Positions 53,815 through 62,410 of a stretch of DNA of 64,000 bases are shown here, one piece after another. Made by a program: the position numbers and the translations under genes. Source of the DNA: an uncultured Gammaproteobacteria bacterium (GTDB lineage: Bacteria > Pseudomonadota > Gammaproteobacteria > Xanthomonadales > SZUA-38); assembly GCA_964559945.1 (NCBI GenBank), contig CAZLJY010000001.1:24081-88080 (forward strand). The letters are read 5' to 3'. The first letter of the stretch is position 1. Every line of letters starts with the position of its first letter. The notes beneath the pieces were generated by a model. It was not told the DNA's origin. It saw only the letters and a list, made by a program, of their open reading frames with translations, and searched no databases.

Positions 53815-56580
53815 ATGGATTCCGGTAGTTCCGTCAAAATTCCAGGCTACGTGGTTGAGCAGGAGCTCGGCCGTGGTGGTATGGCTGTGGTGTATTCCGC
53901 CATGCAGGAGTCTGTGGAGCGCAGGGTAGCGCTGAAAGTGATGTCTCGGGTGCTACTCGTCGACGCCAGCTTCAGCGAACGCTTTATGCGTGAGGCGAAA
54001 ATCGCTGCCAATCTCTATCACCCACACATTGTTGCGGTGCACGATGTTGGGGTGTTCGACGAACAACATTACATCGCCATGGAATATCTTTCCGGTGGCG
54101 ATTTGGCTGTGCGCTGTGGAGACAATATCCAGTTGGTGAGCACTGTCCGAGTGGTGCGGGAAATTGCCGGCGCCTTGCACTACGCTCACAGCAAAGGTTT
54201 CGTGCACCGAGACGTAAAGCCAGAAAACATTCTGTTTCGGGAAGATGGCGGCGCGGTGCTGACGGATTTCGGCATTGCTCGGGCGGTCAATTCAGCCACG
54301 CAAATGACAAAAACCGGAGCGGTCGTTGGAACCCCTCAGTATATGAGTCCGGAACAAGCCCGAGGCAAAGACCTTGACGGCCGTTCCGATTTGTATGGAT
54401 TGGGTATCGTCTTTTACGAAATGCTCATGGGGAGAGTGCCTTTTGAGGGGGCTGATTCGGTGGCTGTGGGGATCCAGCATGTGACCGAACCGGTTCCTCG
54501 GTTATCGGAGAAATTGAATTACATTCAGCCTGTACTCGAGCGCTTTCTGGCCAAACATCCAGACGACCGTTATCAGACCGGCGGCGAGGCGTTGGTAGAT
54601 TTGCAAGCTCTGGAACAACGATTGCTCAGCGGTGAGGTGCCAGCGGTAACCGGAGAGGTTGGCTCTGATCGAGTGACTCGAGTCAGCAATCCGCCGCCCA
54701 ATAGTGATCTACCTTCCATGAAGGCTCTTGATGAAACCCGGGCGATGAACACACCTGCGGTGGATGCAACGCGCGTCGCCAGCACTCCGAAAGAACCGGC
54801 GAGGGGATCCAACACCAGGGCTGCGGCAACCCCCTTGGCTGCAACGCCGAGGCCTGACGGTAGCGTTCGCCAGGAGCCCAGGCTGGGGTCCATGGAAGAC
54901 CTAAGCAGTTTCGATCGCACGGTGAGTCAGCCTCAATTCAAACCGACTAAAATCAGTGCTACAAGGCAGCAGAAAAAGCGCAGTGGTGGGTGGCTGGTTG
55001 CACTGATGTTGCTAGTCGGTGCCGGAGCAGCAGCCTGGTGGCAAAAAGATCGCTTGCTAGAACTTTTGCCCAACCAAGACGTAAATCGGTGGCTGGCTCA
55101 AGCGGAACAGGCGGGTGACTTCGGGCGTTGGTATGGCGAGTCTAGTGATTTTGCCAACGTGCTCTATGCGCAGGTTTTGTCGGCAGAGCCAGGAAATAGA
55201 CGTGCTATGGCGGGGCAAGAACTTGTCGCTATATACCTGTGCGATCAAGCCGAACAGGCTTTAACCGATGGCAACAGCGCACAGGCACAATTGCTGTTGA
55301 GTAAAGCGCAGGAGATTTCCCCCTCATTGCCGCGGGTTACTGAGCTTGTTGCCAGGCTTGGCGGGTCGGAAGGGGATGCCAGCGAACGAGCCGATAGTCA
55401 GGCCGCGGCTCGGCCCGTCGTTCAAGAAACCGTCAATAGGGATCAGGCGCGTCGACGGGAACAACAGGAAAACATCGACGCTCTGCTGCGGCAAGCCGAG
55501 CAGCATTTAGATGCAGGACGTTTGGTAAGGCCGGCTAACGGCAGCGCGCTTAGTGCGTATGAGCAGGTGCTAGAGCTCGAGCCAAACCAGGCAGAGGCTT
55601 TGGCGGGCCGGGCGGATATTGAGAGGCGCTTCATCGATGAGCTGGAACAAGCCTTAGCCGCCGAGAACATCACCGAGGCCGAAAGTGCCTTGCAACAACT
55701 CGTGCTGGTTTCAACGGACGCGAGCATTCTCAACGATTCCCGGCAACGTTTGACTGAGCTTCGAGACGCGGTGCAAAACCGCGAACGGGCCCAACAGGTC
55801 CGAAATGATCGTATTGCCCAAATGCTCGGCGAAGGTAATCAGTTTCTACGCCAGGATCAGCTCAGCGAGCCACCAGGAGAAAACGCCATTAGTCGTTTTC
55901 AAGGTGTATTGAGGACCGACCCGGGCAATCAGCAGGCTAAAGATGGACTGGGTAAGGTTGCCAAACGCTTGTTGGCGTTGACTGAGATTGCGTTAGAGGA
56001 AGACCGGCTTGACAGTGCGGCCGCCATGATCGGCACAATTGAGAATCTAGATCCCAGCCTTGGAGGGCTTGGGAGAGCGAAGCGCCGATTGGAAATTTAT
56101 TCTGAGCAAAATGCACTGAAGGACAATCTCAGCGCTGAGCAACTGAGCCAAGTGGATAGCTTGCTCAACCAAGCGGCTAGCGCATTATCAAACGGTTCAT
56201 TGATGGAGCCTCCAGGGTCCTCAGCGTTTGATTCCTTTCGCGCCGTTCAGCGCATTCAGCCCGATAATGCCGAAGCCCAGCTGGGCATCAGTCAGGTATC
56301 GACTCAGCTGGCTGAGCGTGTCGAGTCTCGGATGAGTAGTGGAGACTTGAATGACGCTGTCGCCTCGTTTCTGGACGCGGAACAAGTTAATCCATCAAAC
56401 AATCAGCTGCCGGCCCTGAGAGCCGGCCTGGGAGCCGCGTTGCGAGATGCTGCTAGAGTAGCCATTGATGCGGGCCGCTTGGATGATGCGGGAATTTGGC
56501 TGACCCGAGCCAGTGACATTGAGCCTAATCATCCGGATCTTGATGCGCTGCAGCTGCAACTAAGTATTGCCAACGAGTAA
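53815..56580 (+). CDS. Hanks-type Ser/Thr protein kinase with one TM and a large periplasmic repeat (TPR/Sel1-like) domain
   Basis: Kinase motifs are present (GRGGMAVVY, ALKV, HRDVKPENILF, DFGIAR, GTPQYMSPEQ). The TM segment is WLVALMLLVGAGAAAWW. It is followed by about 4.5 repeats of about 80 aa. The ATG at 53815 is preferred over the TTG at 53770. Confidence 0.85.
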   Translation: MDSGSSVKIPGYVVEQELGRGGMAVVYSAMQESVERRVALKVMSRVLLVDASFSERFMREAKIAANLYHPHIVAVHDVGVFDEQHYIAMEYLSGGDLAVRCGDNIQLVSTVRVVREIAGALHYAHSKGFVHRDVKPENILFREDGGAVLTDFGIARAVNSATQMTKTGAVVGTPQYMSPEQARGKDLDGRSDLYGLGIVFYEMLMGRVPFEGADSVAVGIQHVTEPVPRLSEKLNYIQPVLERFLAKHPDDRYQTGGEALVDLQALEQRLLSGEVPAVTGEVGSDRVTRVSNPPPNSDLPSMKALDETRAMNTPAVDATRVASTPKEPARGSNTRAAATPLAATPRPDGSVRQEPRLGSMEDLSSFDRTVSQPQFKPTKISATRQQKKRSGGWLVALMLLVGAGAAAWWQKDRLLELLPNQDVNRWLAQAEQAGDFGRWYGESSDFANVLYAQVLSAEPGNRRAMAGQELVAIYLCDQAEQALTDGNSAQAQLLLSKAQEISPSLPRVTELVARLGGSEGDASERADSQAAARPVVQETVNRDQARRREQQENIDALLRQAEQHLDAGRLVRPANGSALSAYEQVLELEPNQAEALAGRADIERRFIDELEQALAAENITEAESALQQLVLVSTDASILNDSRQRLTELRDAVQNRERAQQVRNDRIAQMLGEGNQFLRQDQLSEPPGENAISRFQGVLRTDPGNQQAKDGLGKVAKRLLALTEIALEEDRLDSAAAMIGTIENLDPSLGGLGRAKRRLEIYSEQNALKDNLSAEQLSQVDSLLNQAASALSNGSLMEPPGSSAFDSFRAVQRIQPDNAEAQLGISQVSTQLAERVESRMSSGDLNDAVASFLDAEQVNPSNNQLPALRAGLGAALRDAARVAIDAGRLDDAGIWLTRASDIEPNHPDLDALQLQLSIANE

Positions 56581-56605
56581 TCTCGATAGGCGCAAACGCT
56601 TCACG

Positions 56606-59600
56606 TCAATTTTCTAAGATTTTACCCAGTGCTTGTTTGGCTGCCTCAAAGGAAAAGTGCTGCTCAACATTTTTCAGCCCGCTGGCTGATAGTGTTTGCC
56701 AGAGTGCTTTATCGCTGTATGCCTGTATGACCGCCTCAGCAAATTGTTCCGGGGTGTCGCCGACCATTACATCGCGCCCTGCTTCAACGTGCATTCCTTC
56801 AACAGCTGGGCCGGTTGCGACCACGGGTTGGCCGTAACTCATGGCCATATTGATTTTGCCTTTAACGCCGGCGCCATAGCGCAAAGGTGCCAGGGACAGT
56901 CGAGCACCGTCCAAGTGCGGCTCGATGTCCTCCACGAATCCCAGCACGTTGACGTTCTTTCCGGCTAAACTGCGCACGGCATCGTTGATCTTGCTGCCAA
57001 TAATCGTTACGTCTAATTCTGGCAGTTGTTTGTTAACCAATGGCAGCACTTCGCGAACAAACCAGGTAATTCCATCCACGTTCGGTGGGTGTTGAAAACC
57101 TCCCACGAAAAGGAGCCCGGCCCTCTCCTCAAAGGGCTTGCGACACCCATGCACTGGGTGAATGTTGGACAGCACGGATACGTTAAGGTCGGCGGCATCG
57201 TTGGCAAGAAAAGCCTTTTCAAATTCGCTAACCACCAGCGTCAGGTCGCAGCGGCGCGCCACATCCAGTTCGCGGGTTCGCGTTTTCCGGGCGGCGTCGG
57301 CCAGCGCTGCATCGTTTTCCAATTCAGCCAATCGTTGTTCGCGGAGATAATGCAAATCTACCGTGTCAAAGATCAGCTGGGCATCGGGGCAGTAGCTGCG
57401 CACCGCTTCGATGTGATTGCTGGCGATGTAGTGACGGCTCAATATGACGGCATTCAACTGACCGCCGACAGTCTTTAGGTAGCTGCGGGCCGATCTCACA
57501 AAAGGGTGGTACAGCACTTCAACGCCGATCTGCTGGAGGCTGATTGTGTATTGATCATCAAATGATCGGTTTTCGGCCATAAAACGCACGTGCCAGCCGA
57601 GATTGAGCAAAAGCCGCATTAAGTTGACCATTCTCACCGAACCAGAGTCTTGGTCCGGTGTTGGCGTACATGCATCAATAATCAACACGCTACGGGGTCG
57701 GCGGTGGCGTCGATTTAGGTCCAGTGCGGCCTGCGGGTCTGGCTGCTTTTCCAGCGCTTCAGACCAGCGTTGCACAAACTTATCCTGGTTTACCACCTGG
57801 TATTTTTTGACCCCACTGGTGGTGTCTGTGCCGCTGGTAATACCCTCAAAATGCACAACCTGGGCGGCGGGTTGATAGAGCACCTGTTGGCCTTGCTCTC
57901 GAACTTGAAAGGCCAGGTCCGTATCTTCGTAATACGCCGGCCTATAGCGCTGATCAAATCCGCCCAGGTGGTCGAAAAGTTGCCGCCGAATCAAGATGGC
58001 GGCGCCGGAACAGTAATCGACCTCACGAACAAAATTAACTTCCGGTGCCGCTGGGTTTTCAAACCGACCGAAATTCCAACCTGACCCATCGTTGAAGACG
58101 ATGCCGCCGGCTTCCTGCAAGCGGCCGTCGGGATAAACCAGTTTTGCCCCAGCTAGACCGCACTGGGGGTGGGTGCTGAAGGTTTCTACCAGATGATCCA
58201 GGCATTTGTCGGTCACCACGGTATCGTTGTTGAGAAAAAACAAAAACTCGCCCTTGGCCTTCCTAGCGCCCGCGTTGCAGGTATCAATAAAGCCGCTATT
58301 TTCCTCGTTATGGATGACCACCAGGCCGCTATGTTCAGCCAGTTTTTCCCGCGTTTCATCACTGGAGCAGTCGTCCACAACAATGACCTCAAAGGGTATG
58401 TTGGTCTGGTGGACGGCAAGAGATTTGAGGCAGGCCTGTGTATGGTTAAAGTGATTGAATGTTGGAATAACGATCGACACCAGCGGATCGTCTAATGCCG
58501 GAAACGTTAACGCCTCAAACGGTGCCTGGGTATCAATGCCGGTCAAAATTTTGGGGGCGATATCCGGTTCGCCCCGTTTAAGCTCCTGTCCAACCCGCTG
58601 GATGGTGCCCTTCACTCCCCGAATTCTTAGACTGTTCCTGGCTCGGTGTTGCAAGCTGCTGGCTCGCCGGCGTTGCAGGCCAAGATGTTTCAGGCTGCGC
58701 CCCAGTACTCGGGCCACTACCCGCAGTGGACGGGTCATTTTCCAACTTAAGGTCGAGAACACAAAATCCAGTTTGCCGGAGGTATCATCCAACTCCTGCC
58801 CCAATGTATCGATGAACTGGGCTTGCTCCTGGGTCTGTTCATTGAGGGCCAATGCCCACGCCGTGCGATCATCAAACTCTCGGTGCAGATCAGAAAACTC
58901 TCCTTGCAAATCAGCAAACGCGTCCTGTGTTTCCTGGTTTTGCAACTCCAGGGAACGCGCCCATTTTACCGACTGTTCTGCTCTTCGCGCTTCGTTTGAC
59001 GCCCAGCTTGAGCGCCGCTCAATTTCCAACTGTTGCTGTTTAACTAACTGCTCTAGGTGGCGAACTTCTTGGGTGTTTTGCAGTAACTGGTGAGTGCTGG
59101 AAACCCTCGCGAGTTGATCAGCGCTTGGCGTCACCACCCGATACCCCATGCCTTGGCTCTGAGGTAACGGCAGAAGGTCGGCATAGGCTGATGTTGCCTG
59201 TTCTAGCGTCATGCTGGGTTTGCTGTGTTCGCGCAATTTAGCCAGCAGGTCCGGGGTCAAGTCTGCGACGGCGTTCACCAAAGCCGATCCCTTAGCTTCG
59301 ATAAGCAAACCGGTTTTGCCATGTTCAATACGTTCAGCCAACGCGCCGACTCTAGTGGCCAGCACCGGTACCTCCAGCGCCCACATTTCGCTTAATGTGT
59401 AGTTGAAGGTTTCTGAAACCGTTGACAAAAGTAACGCCAGATCGGGTCTGATTTGATCTAGGAGTTGGGGCAACTCCTCACGCTCGTACTGCAGCACGAT
59501 ATGCACGTGGTTTATGCCATAAAAGGCCTCGGCGCACTTGCCTCCACCCAGCAAATAGACGTCAGCATGACGGGTCAATTCCGGCAATGCATCCCGCAAT

Positions 59601-60958
59601 ACCGAGGCGCCTTTGAGTTGACTGATGCGCCCTGGCACTAGCAACCGCAAGCGTTTTCCCGGTGAGTAATCACCTGTTTTTCTTTGGTGTCTAAATTCAG
59701 CTAGCCCATGGCTCACCGTGTGAATATTCGGCAATGGATCAGAGGTGAGCCGGGCCAAATTTTTGGCAACGCTATTGCTGGGCGCCAACACTACAGTGGA
59801 CGATTGATTTAACGCGCGAACCCAGTGGCTGCGCAATGCGTTCCAATCGTCCAAACAGGCGACTGGAAAGGGGCTGCGCTCCAGGGCAGCGGGCAATTGA
59901 GCCGCAGAAAAATCTGCATTGATGTCTTCAAACGACAGGCCCAAATCCGGCCACGCAGGGTAGTAATCGTGCAGCATGCAAAGGGTAGGTAGGCCAGTTT
60001 CCAATGCCTGTAGGCTGTGTCCAATCAGCGAAGAGACAACTAAACCACTGACCTGATAGTTGTTAAGCACAGATTGCAAAACGGTTTGGTAATCCTGATG
60101 CTCCAACGCACTCGCGACGATGGGAGCTGGTAGCGCCCAACGTTGTAGGCAAGGGCCATCCAGGGAGCCTGCATGCAGACGTAACTCTTCGCAGTTGTTG
60201 TGGCTAGCGGGGCTGGCATAACTCAGCAGAAATAGGTGGTGAACCTTAGACCATGCGCTAGCGGTATCATTGACCCAGCGATAAGTTCCGCCACCCCAAT
60301 CGTGCAGAACGTGGAGCACTACCGGTCGGTTGTCCAATCCGGTTAGGGGTAGTTTGGTGGGTGAGCTTTGATCGGTTATTGACCACAGCTGGCTGGCAAG
60401 AGCCTCCATGGGCGTGGACGCCGCAGAAGCATCGGGGTGTCTGGTGGGGTGCGTTTCCTGATGCCCATTGGTGTGGCCGACCAGCAGATGGGAGCAAACC
60501 GAGGTGTGTTGATCTGGGTGGTTTGAAAGGACTGGCTTGTTAAGCAATTCAATCGCCGCGTTTTGACGCCAATAGCTGCAGGACGAATTCACCTGCCGAC
60601 TGGAAAATACCTGTCGCGGCGTGCACCACCAAAGCGCTGAGTCTGACTCCAGCGGCGGCCATTGAGCGTCTACCCAGGACGGATGTACTGCGGACACAAC
60701 GGCTGTTTGTGGCGCGGCTTGGGCGGCAAGCCGGAGCCTATCTAAGGCTGCGAAAGGTAGCGTCACCTCCGCTTCCAGCAGAATCACATCCGTTTTATTC
60801 TGGAAGGCTGAGGTCAGCGCCGCCTGTGGGTTTGCAAAAAACCGACCATCATTGGAGATCAGATCTGCCCACGGCGGTAGTTCGTCGGCAAGGTTCCCTA
60901 CCAACGCGGGTTTTAGCGCGGCGCTCCAGAAAGCGACCGCGCAACGTGATTTGGTCAC
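56606..60958 (-). CDS. 1450-aa multidomain glycosyltransferase (unknown N-domain, GT-B/GT4-like, coiled coil, GT2, GT-B/GT4-like)
   Basis: The gene has a GTG start. The GT2 block reads VSIVIPTFNH...EVIVVDDCSSDET...FLNNDT...YCSGAAILIRRQLFDHLGGFDQRYRPAYYEDTDLAF (about aa 826-1045). A heptad-rich Q/E/R segment spans about aa 615-735. A GT-B-like region with EVPVLATRVGALAERIEHGKTGLL spans about aa 211-590. The C-terminal GT-B region contains GAGVKGKINMAMSYGQPVVAT (about aa 1088-1450). Confidence 0.8.
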   Translation of the reverse strand: MTKSRCAVAFWSAALKPALVGNLADELPPWADLISNDGRFFANPQAALTSAFQNKTDVILLEAEVTLPFAALDRLRLAAQAAPQTAVVSAVHPSWVDAQWPPLESDSALWWCTPRQVFSSRQVNSSCSYWRQNAAIELLNKPVLSNHPDQHTSVCSHLLVGHTNGHQETHPTRHPDASAASTPMEALASQLWSITDQSSPTKLPLTGLDNRPVVLHVLHDWGGGTYRWVNDTASAWSKVHHLFLLSYASPASHNNCEELRLHAGSLDGPCLQRWALPAPIVASALEHQDYQTVLQSVLNNYQVSGLVVSSLIGHSLQALETGLPTLCMLHDYYPAWPDLGLSFEDINADFSAAQLPAALERSPFPVACLDDWNALRSHWVRALNQSSTVVLAPSNSVAKNLARLTSDPLPNIHTVSHGLAEFRHQRKTGDYSPGKRLRLLVPGRISQLKGASVLRDALPELTRHADVYLLGGGKCAEAFYGINHVHIVLQYEREELPQLLDQIRPDLALLLSTVSETFNYTLSEMWALEVPVLATRVGALAERIEHGKTGLLIEAKGSALVNAVADLTPDLLAKLREHSKPSMTLEQATSAYADLLPLPQSQGMGYRVVTPSADQLARVSSTHQLLQNTQEVRHLEQLVKQQQLEIERRSSWASNEARRAEQSVKWARSLELQNQETQDAFADLQGEFSDLHREFDDRTAWALALNEQTQEQAQFIDTLGQELDDTSGKLDFVFSTLSWKMTRPLRVVARVLGRSLKHLGLQRRRASSLQHRARNSLRIRGVKGTIQRVGQELKRGEPDIAPKILTGIDTQAPFEALTFPALDDPLVSIVIPTFNHFNHTQACLKSLAVHQTNIPFEVIVVDDCSSDETREKLAEHSGLVVIHNEENSGFIDTCNAGARKAKGEFLFFLNNDTVVTDKCLDHLVETFSTHPQCGLAGAKLVYPDGRLQEAGGIVFNDGSGWNFGRFENPAAPEVNFVREVDYCSGAAILIRRQLFDHLGGFDQRYRPAYYEDTDLAFQVREQGQQVLYQPAAQVVHFEGITSGTDTTSGVKKYQVVNQDKFVQRWSEALEKQPDPQAALDLNRRHRRPRSVLIIDACTPTPDQDSGSVRMVNLMRLLLNLGWHVRFMAENRSFDDQYTISLQQIGVEVLYHPFVRSARSYLKTVGGQLNAVILSRHYIASNHIEAVRSYCPDAQLIFDTVDLHYLREQRLAELENDAALADAARKTRTRELDVARRCDLTLVVSEFEKAFLANDAADLNVSVLSNIHPVHGCRKPFEERAGLLFVGGFQHPPNVDGITWFVREVLPLVNKQLPELDVTIIGSKINDAVRSLAGKNVNVLGFVEDIEPHLDGARLSLAPLRYGAGVKGKINMAMSYGQPVVATGPAVEGMHVEAGRDVMVGDTPEQFAEAVIQAYSDKALWQTLSASGLKNVEQHFSFEAAKQALGKILEN

Positions 60959-60979
60959 AACCGAGTTCTTTAGATCGAT

Positions 60980-61777
60980 CTACAGTCCGAGATCGCCTAA
61001 ATCAGGCATTTCCATTTTTTTATAACCTGCGGGGATTTCGAAAAGAGACGGATCGATATCGTCGAAGGTCACGGACTTCAGCTGCCCGGTGCTGGTGCCA
61101 CTCATTTTTCCATAATGGATAAACTCTACGGGAAATTCGCCTTTGCCGGGCTCACCAAAATCTAGAATTTCGTCGGAGATTTGGCCGAAGCTCTTGGATA
61201 GGTCCTGGACAAAACTCATCATGGCTTGGATTGTCGCGTAGTCTTGTTCTGGAAAATCCAGTTCATCAGCAGACGTGACGCATTGCTGGGACGCCTTGCG
61301 ATCACCGGAATAAACCTCTATCACCTCGCAGTCGTAGCCGGCGATTTGTTTGCTTTCGCCACTACGCTCATAGGACCTAGGCTTCGCTTCGCCGCCTACC
61401 TTGGGCATCATGGAGCTCATCATTTTTTTCATTTGTGCGCGTTGAGATGCTGGCAGCGCAGCCAATTGTGATTCCATTTGGGCCATCACTTGCTGTTGCA
61501 TATCAACAATTTTCTGAATTTGGGCTTGGTCCATCACCATGTAACTCTTGTCCGCTGGATTTAGGGTGATGAATTGTTGGTTATTGGTATCGAAAATCAC
61601 ATGGCCGCCGCCAGCAGAGGACACCGCGACCCGTCCGTCAGCGATTTGGGTTTTACCTGTCTCCACACCACCATCGCTGGAGTTTACGTAGACAATGGTG
61701 GTATCGGCGCCAGCAATGCTTAAGGAGGCAGCCAATCCGGCGCCAATCAGAGCGCAACACAGTGATCGAAATTTCAT
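60980..61777 (-). CDS. periplasmic hypothetical protein (possibly DUF4412-like)
   Basis: A signal peptide is present (LCCALIGAGLAASLSIAGA). A Met/Gln-rich central segment is present. The gene ends 21 nt upstream of the giant glycosyltransferase on the same strand. Confidence 0.5.
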   Translation of the reverse strand: MKFRSLCCALIGAGLAASLSIAGADTTIVYVNSSDGGVETGKTQIADGRVAVSSAGGGHVIFDTNNQQFITLNPADKSYMVMDQAQIQKIVDMQQQVMAQMESQLAALPASQRAQMKKMMSSMMPKVGGEAKPRSYERSGESKQIAGYDCEVIEVYSGDRKASQQCVTSADELDFPEQDYATIQAMMSFVQDLSKSFGQISDEILDFGEPGKGEFPVEFIHYGKMSGTSTGQLKSVTFDDIDPSLFEIPAGYKKMEMPDLGDLGL

Positions 61778-61888
61778 GATAGATATCCGTTTCTAGTTGA
61801 ACGTGAATTATCGGCGATTGCGCGCTGGCTGTCATCCGTAATGGCCGGTGTACAATGGGGCCTGCTTTGGAGTCCTGGCGCGATTACT

Positions 61889-62407
61889 GTGAAAACGTTC
61901 TTTGCTTCACCCTATATCAACATCGTTGCTGCCAACGCAGTGGTGCTAGTGCTCATTGTTGGCTGTGCCCAACAGCCGGCACCGATTGAAGAACGCTCCG
62001 TTGCGGCTCAGGTGCGTCAACAGGCCGCGGAAACCTCCGGCGTGGTGGAGGTGTTTCCCCTTGGCGGTGGCGAAGACGGCGTGCTGATCGAACGCGCCCG
62101 AGAGGCCGAAGCGCAGGGAGCGCTTGAGCAGGCCAGCATACTGATCTCTCAAGCCATCGATTTGGCCCCGTCCGATGCCAGTCACTGGCAATATCTGGCG
62201 GAGATCGAACTTGAGCAGGGGCAATACTCAGCGGCTATTGATCATGCCCGCCAATCCTTTGAGTTGGGACCTCAAATGGGTCAGATTTGCGCTCGAAACT
62301 GGCTGACCATCCAGCGCGCCAACGAAGGCTTACGCCAATCGACGGCGGCAACCCAGGCCGGTGCCCGGGCGGAAGAATGTGCGGTACAGAGCCAGCCGGA
62401 GTACTAG
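61889..62407 (+). CDS. TPR-like lipoprotein
   Basis: The GTG at 61889 gives a lipobox (VVLVLIVGC). The C-terminus is TPR-like (ASHWQYLAEIELEQGQYSAAIDHARQSFELGP). The longest ORF starts at 61841. Confidence 0.55.
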   Translation: MKTFFASPYINIVAANAVVLVLIVGCAQQPAPIEERSVAAQVRQQAAETSGVVEVFPLGGGEDGVLIERAREAEAQGALEQASILISQAIDLAPSDASHWQYLAEIELEQGQYSAAIDHARQSFELGPQMGQICARNWLTIQRANEGLRQSTAATQAGARAEECAVQSQPEY

Positions 62408-62410
62408 TGC

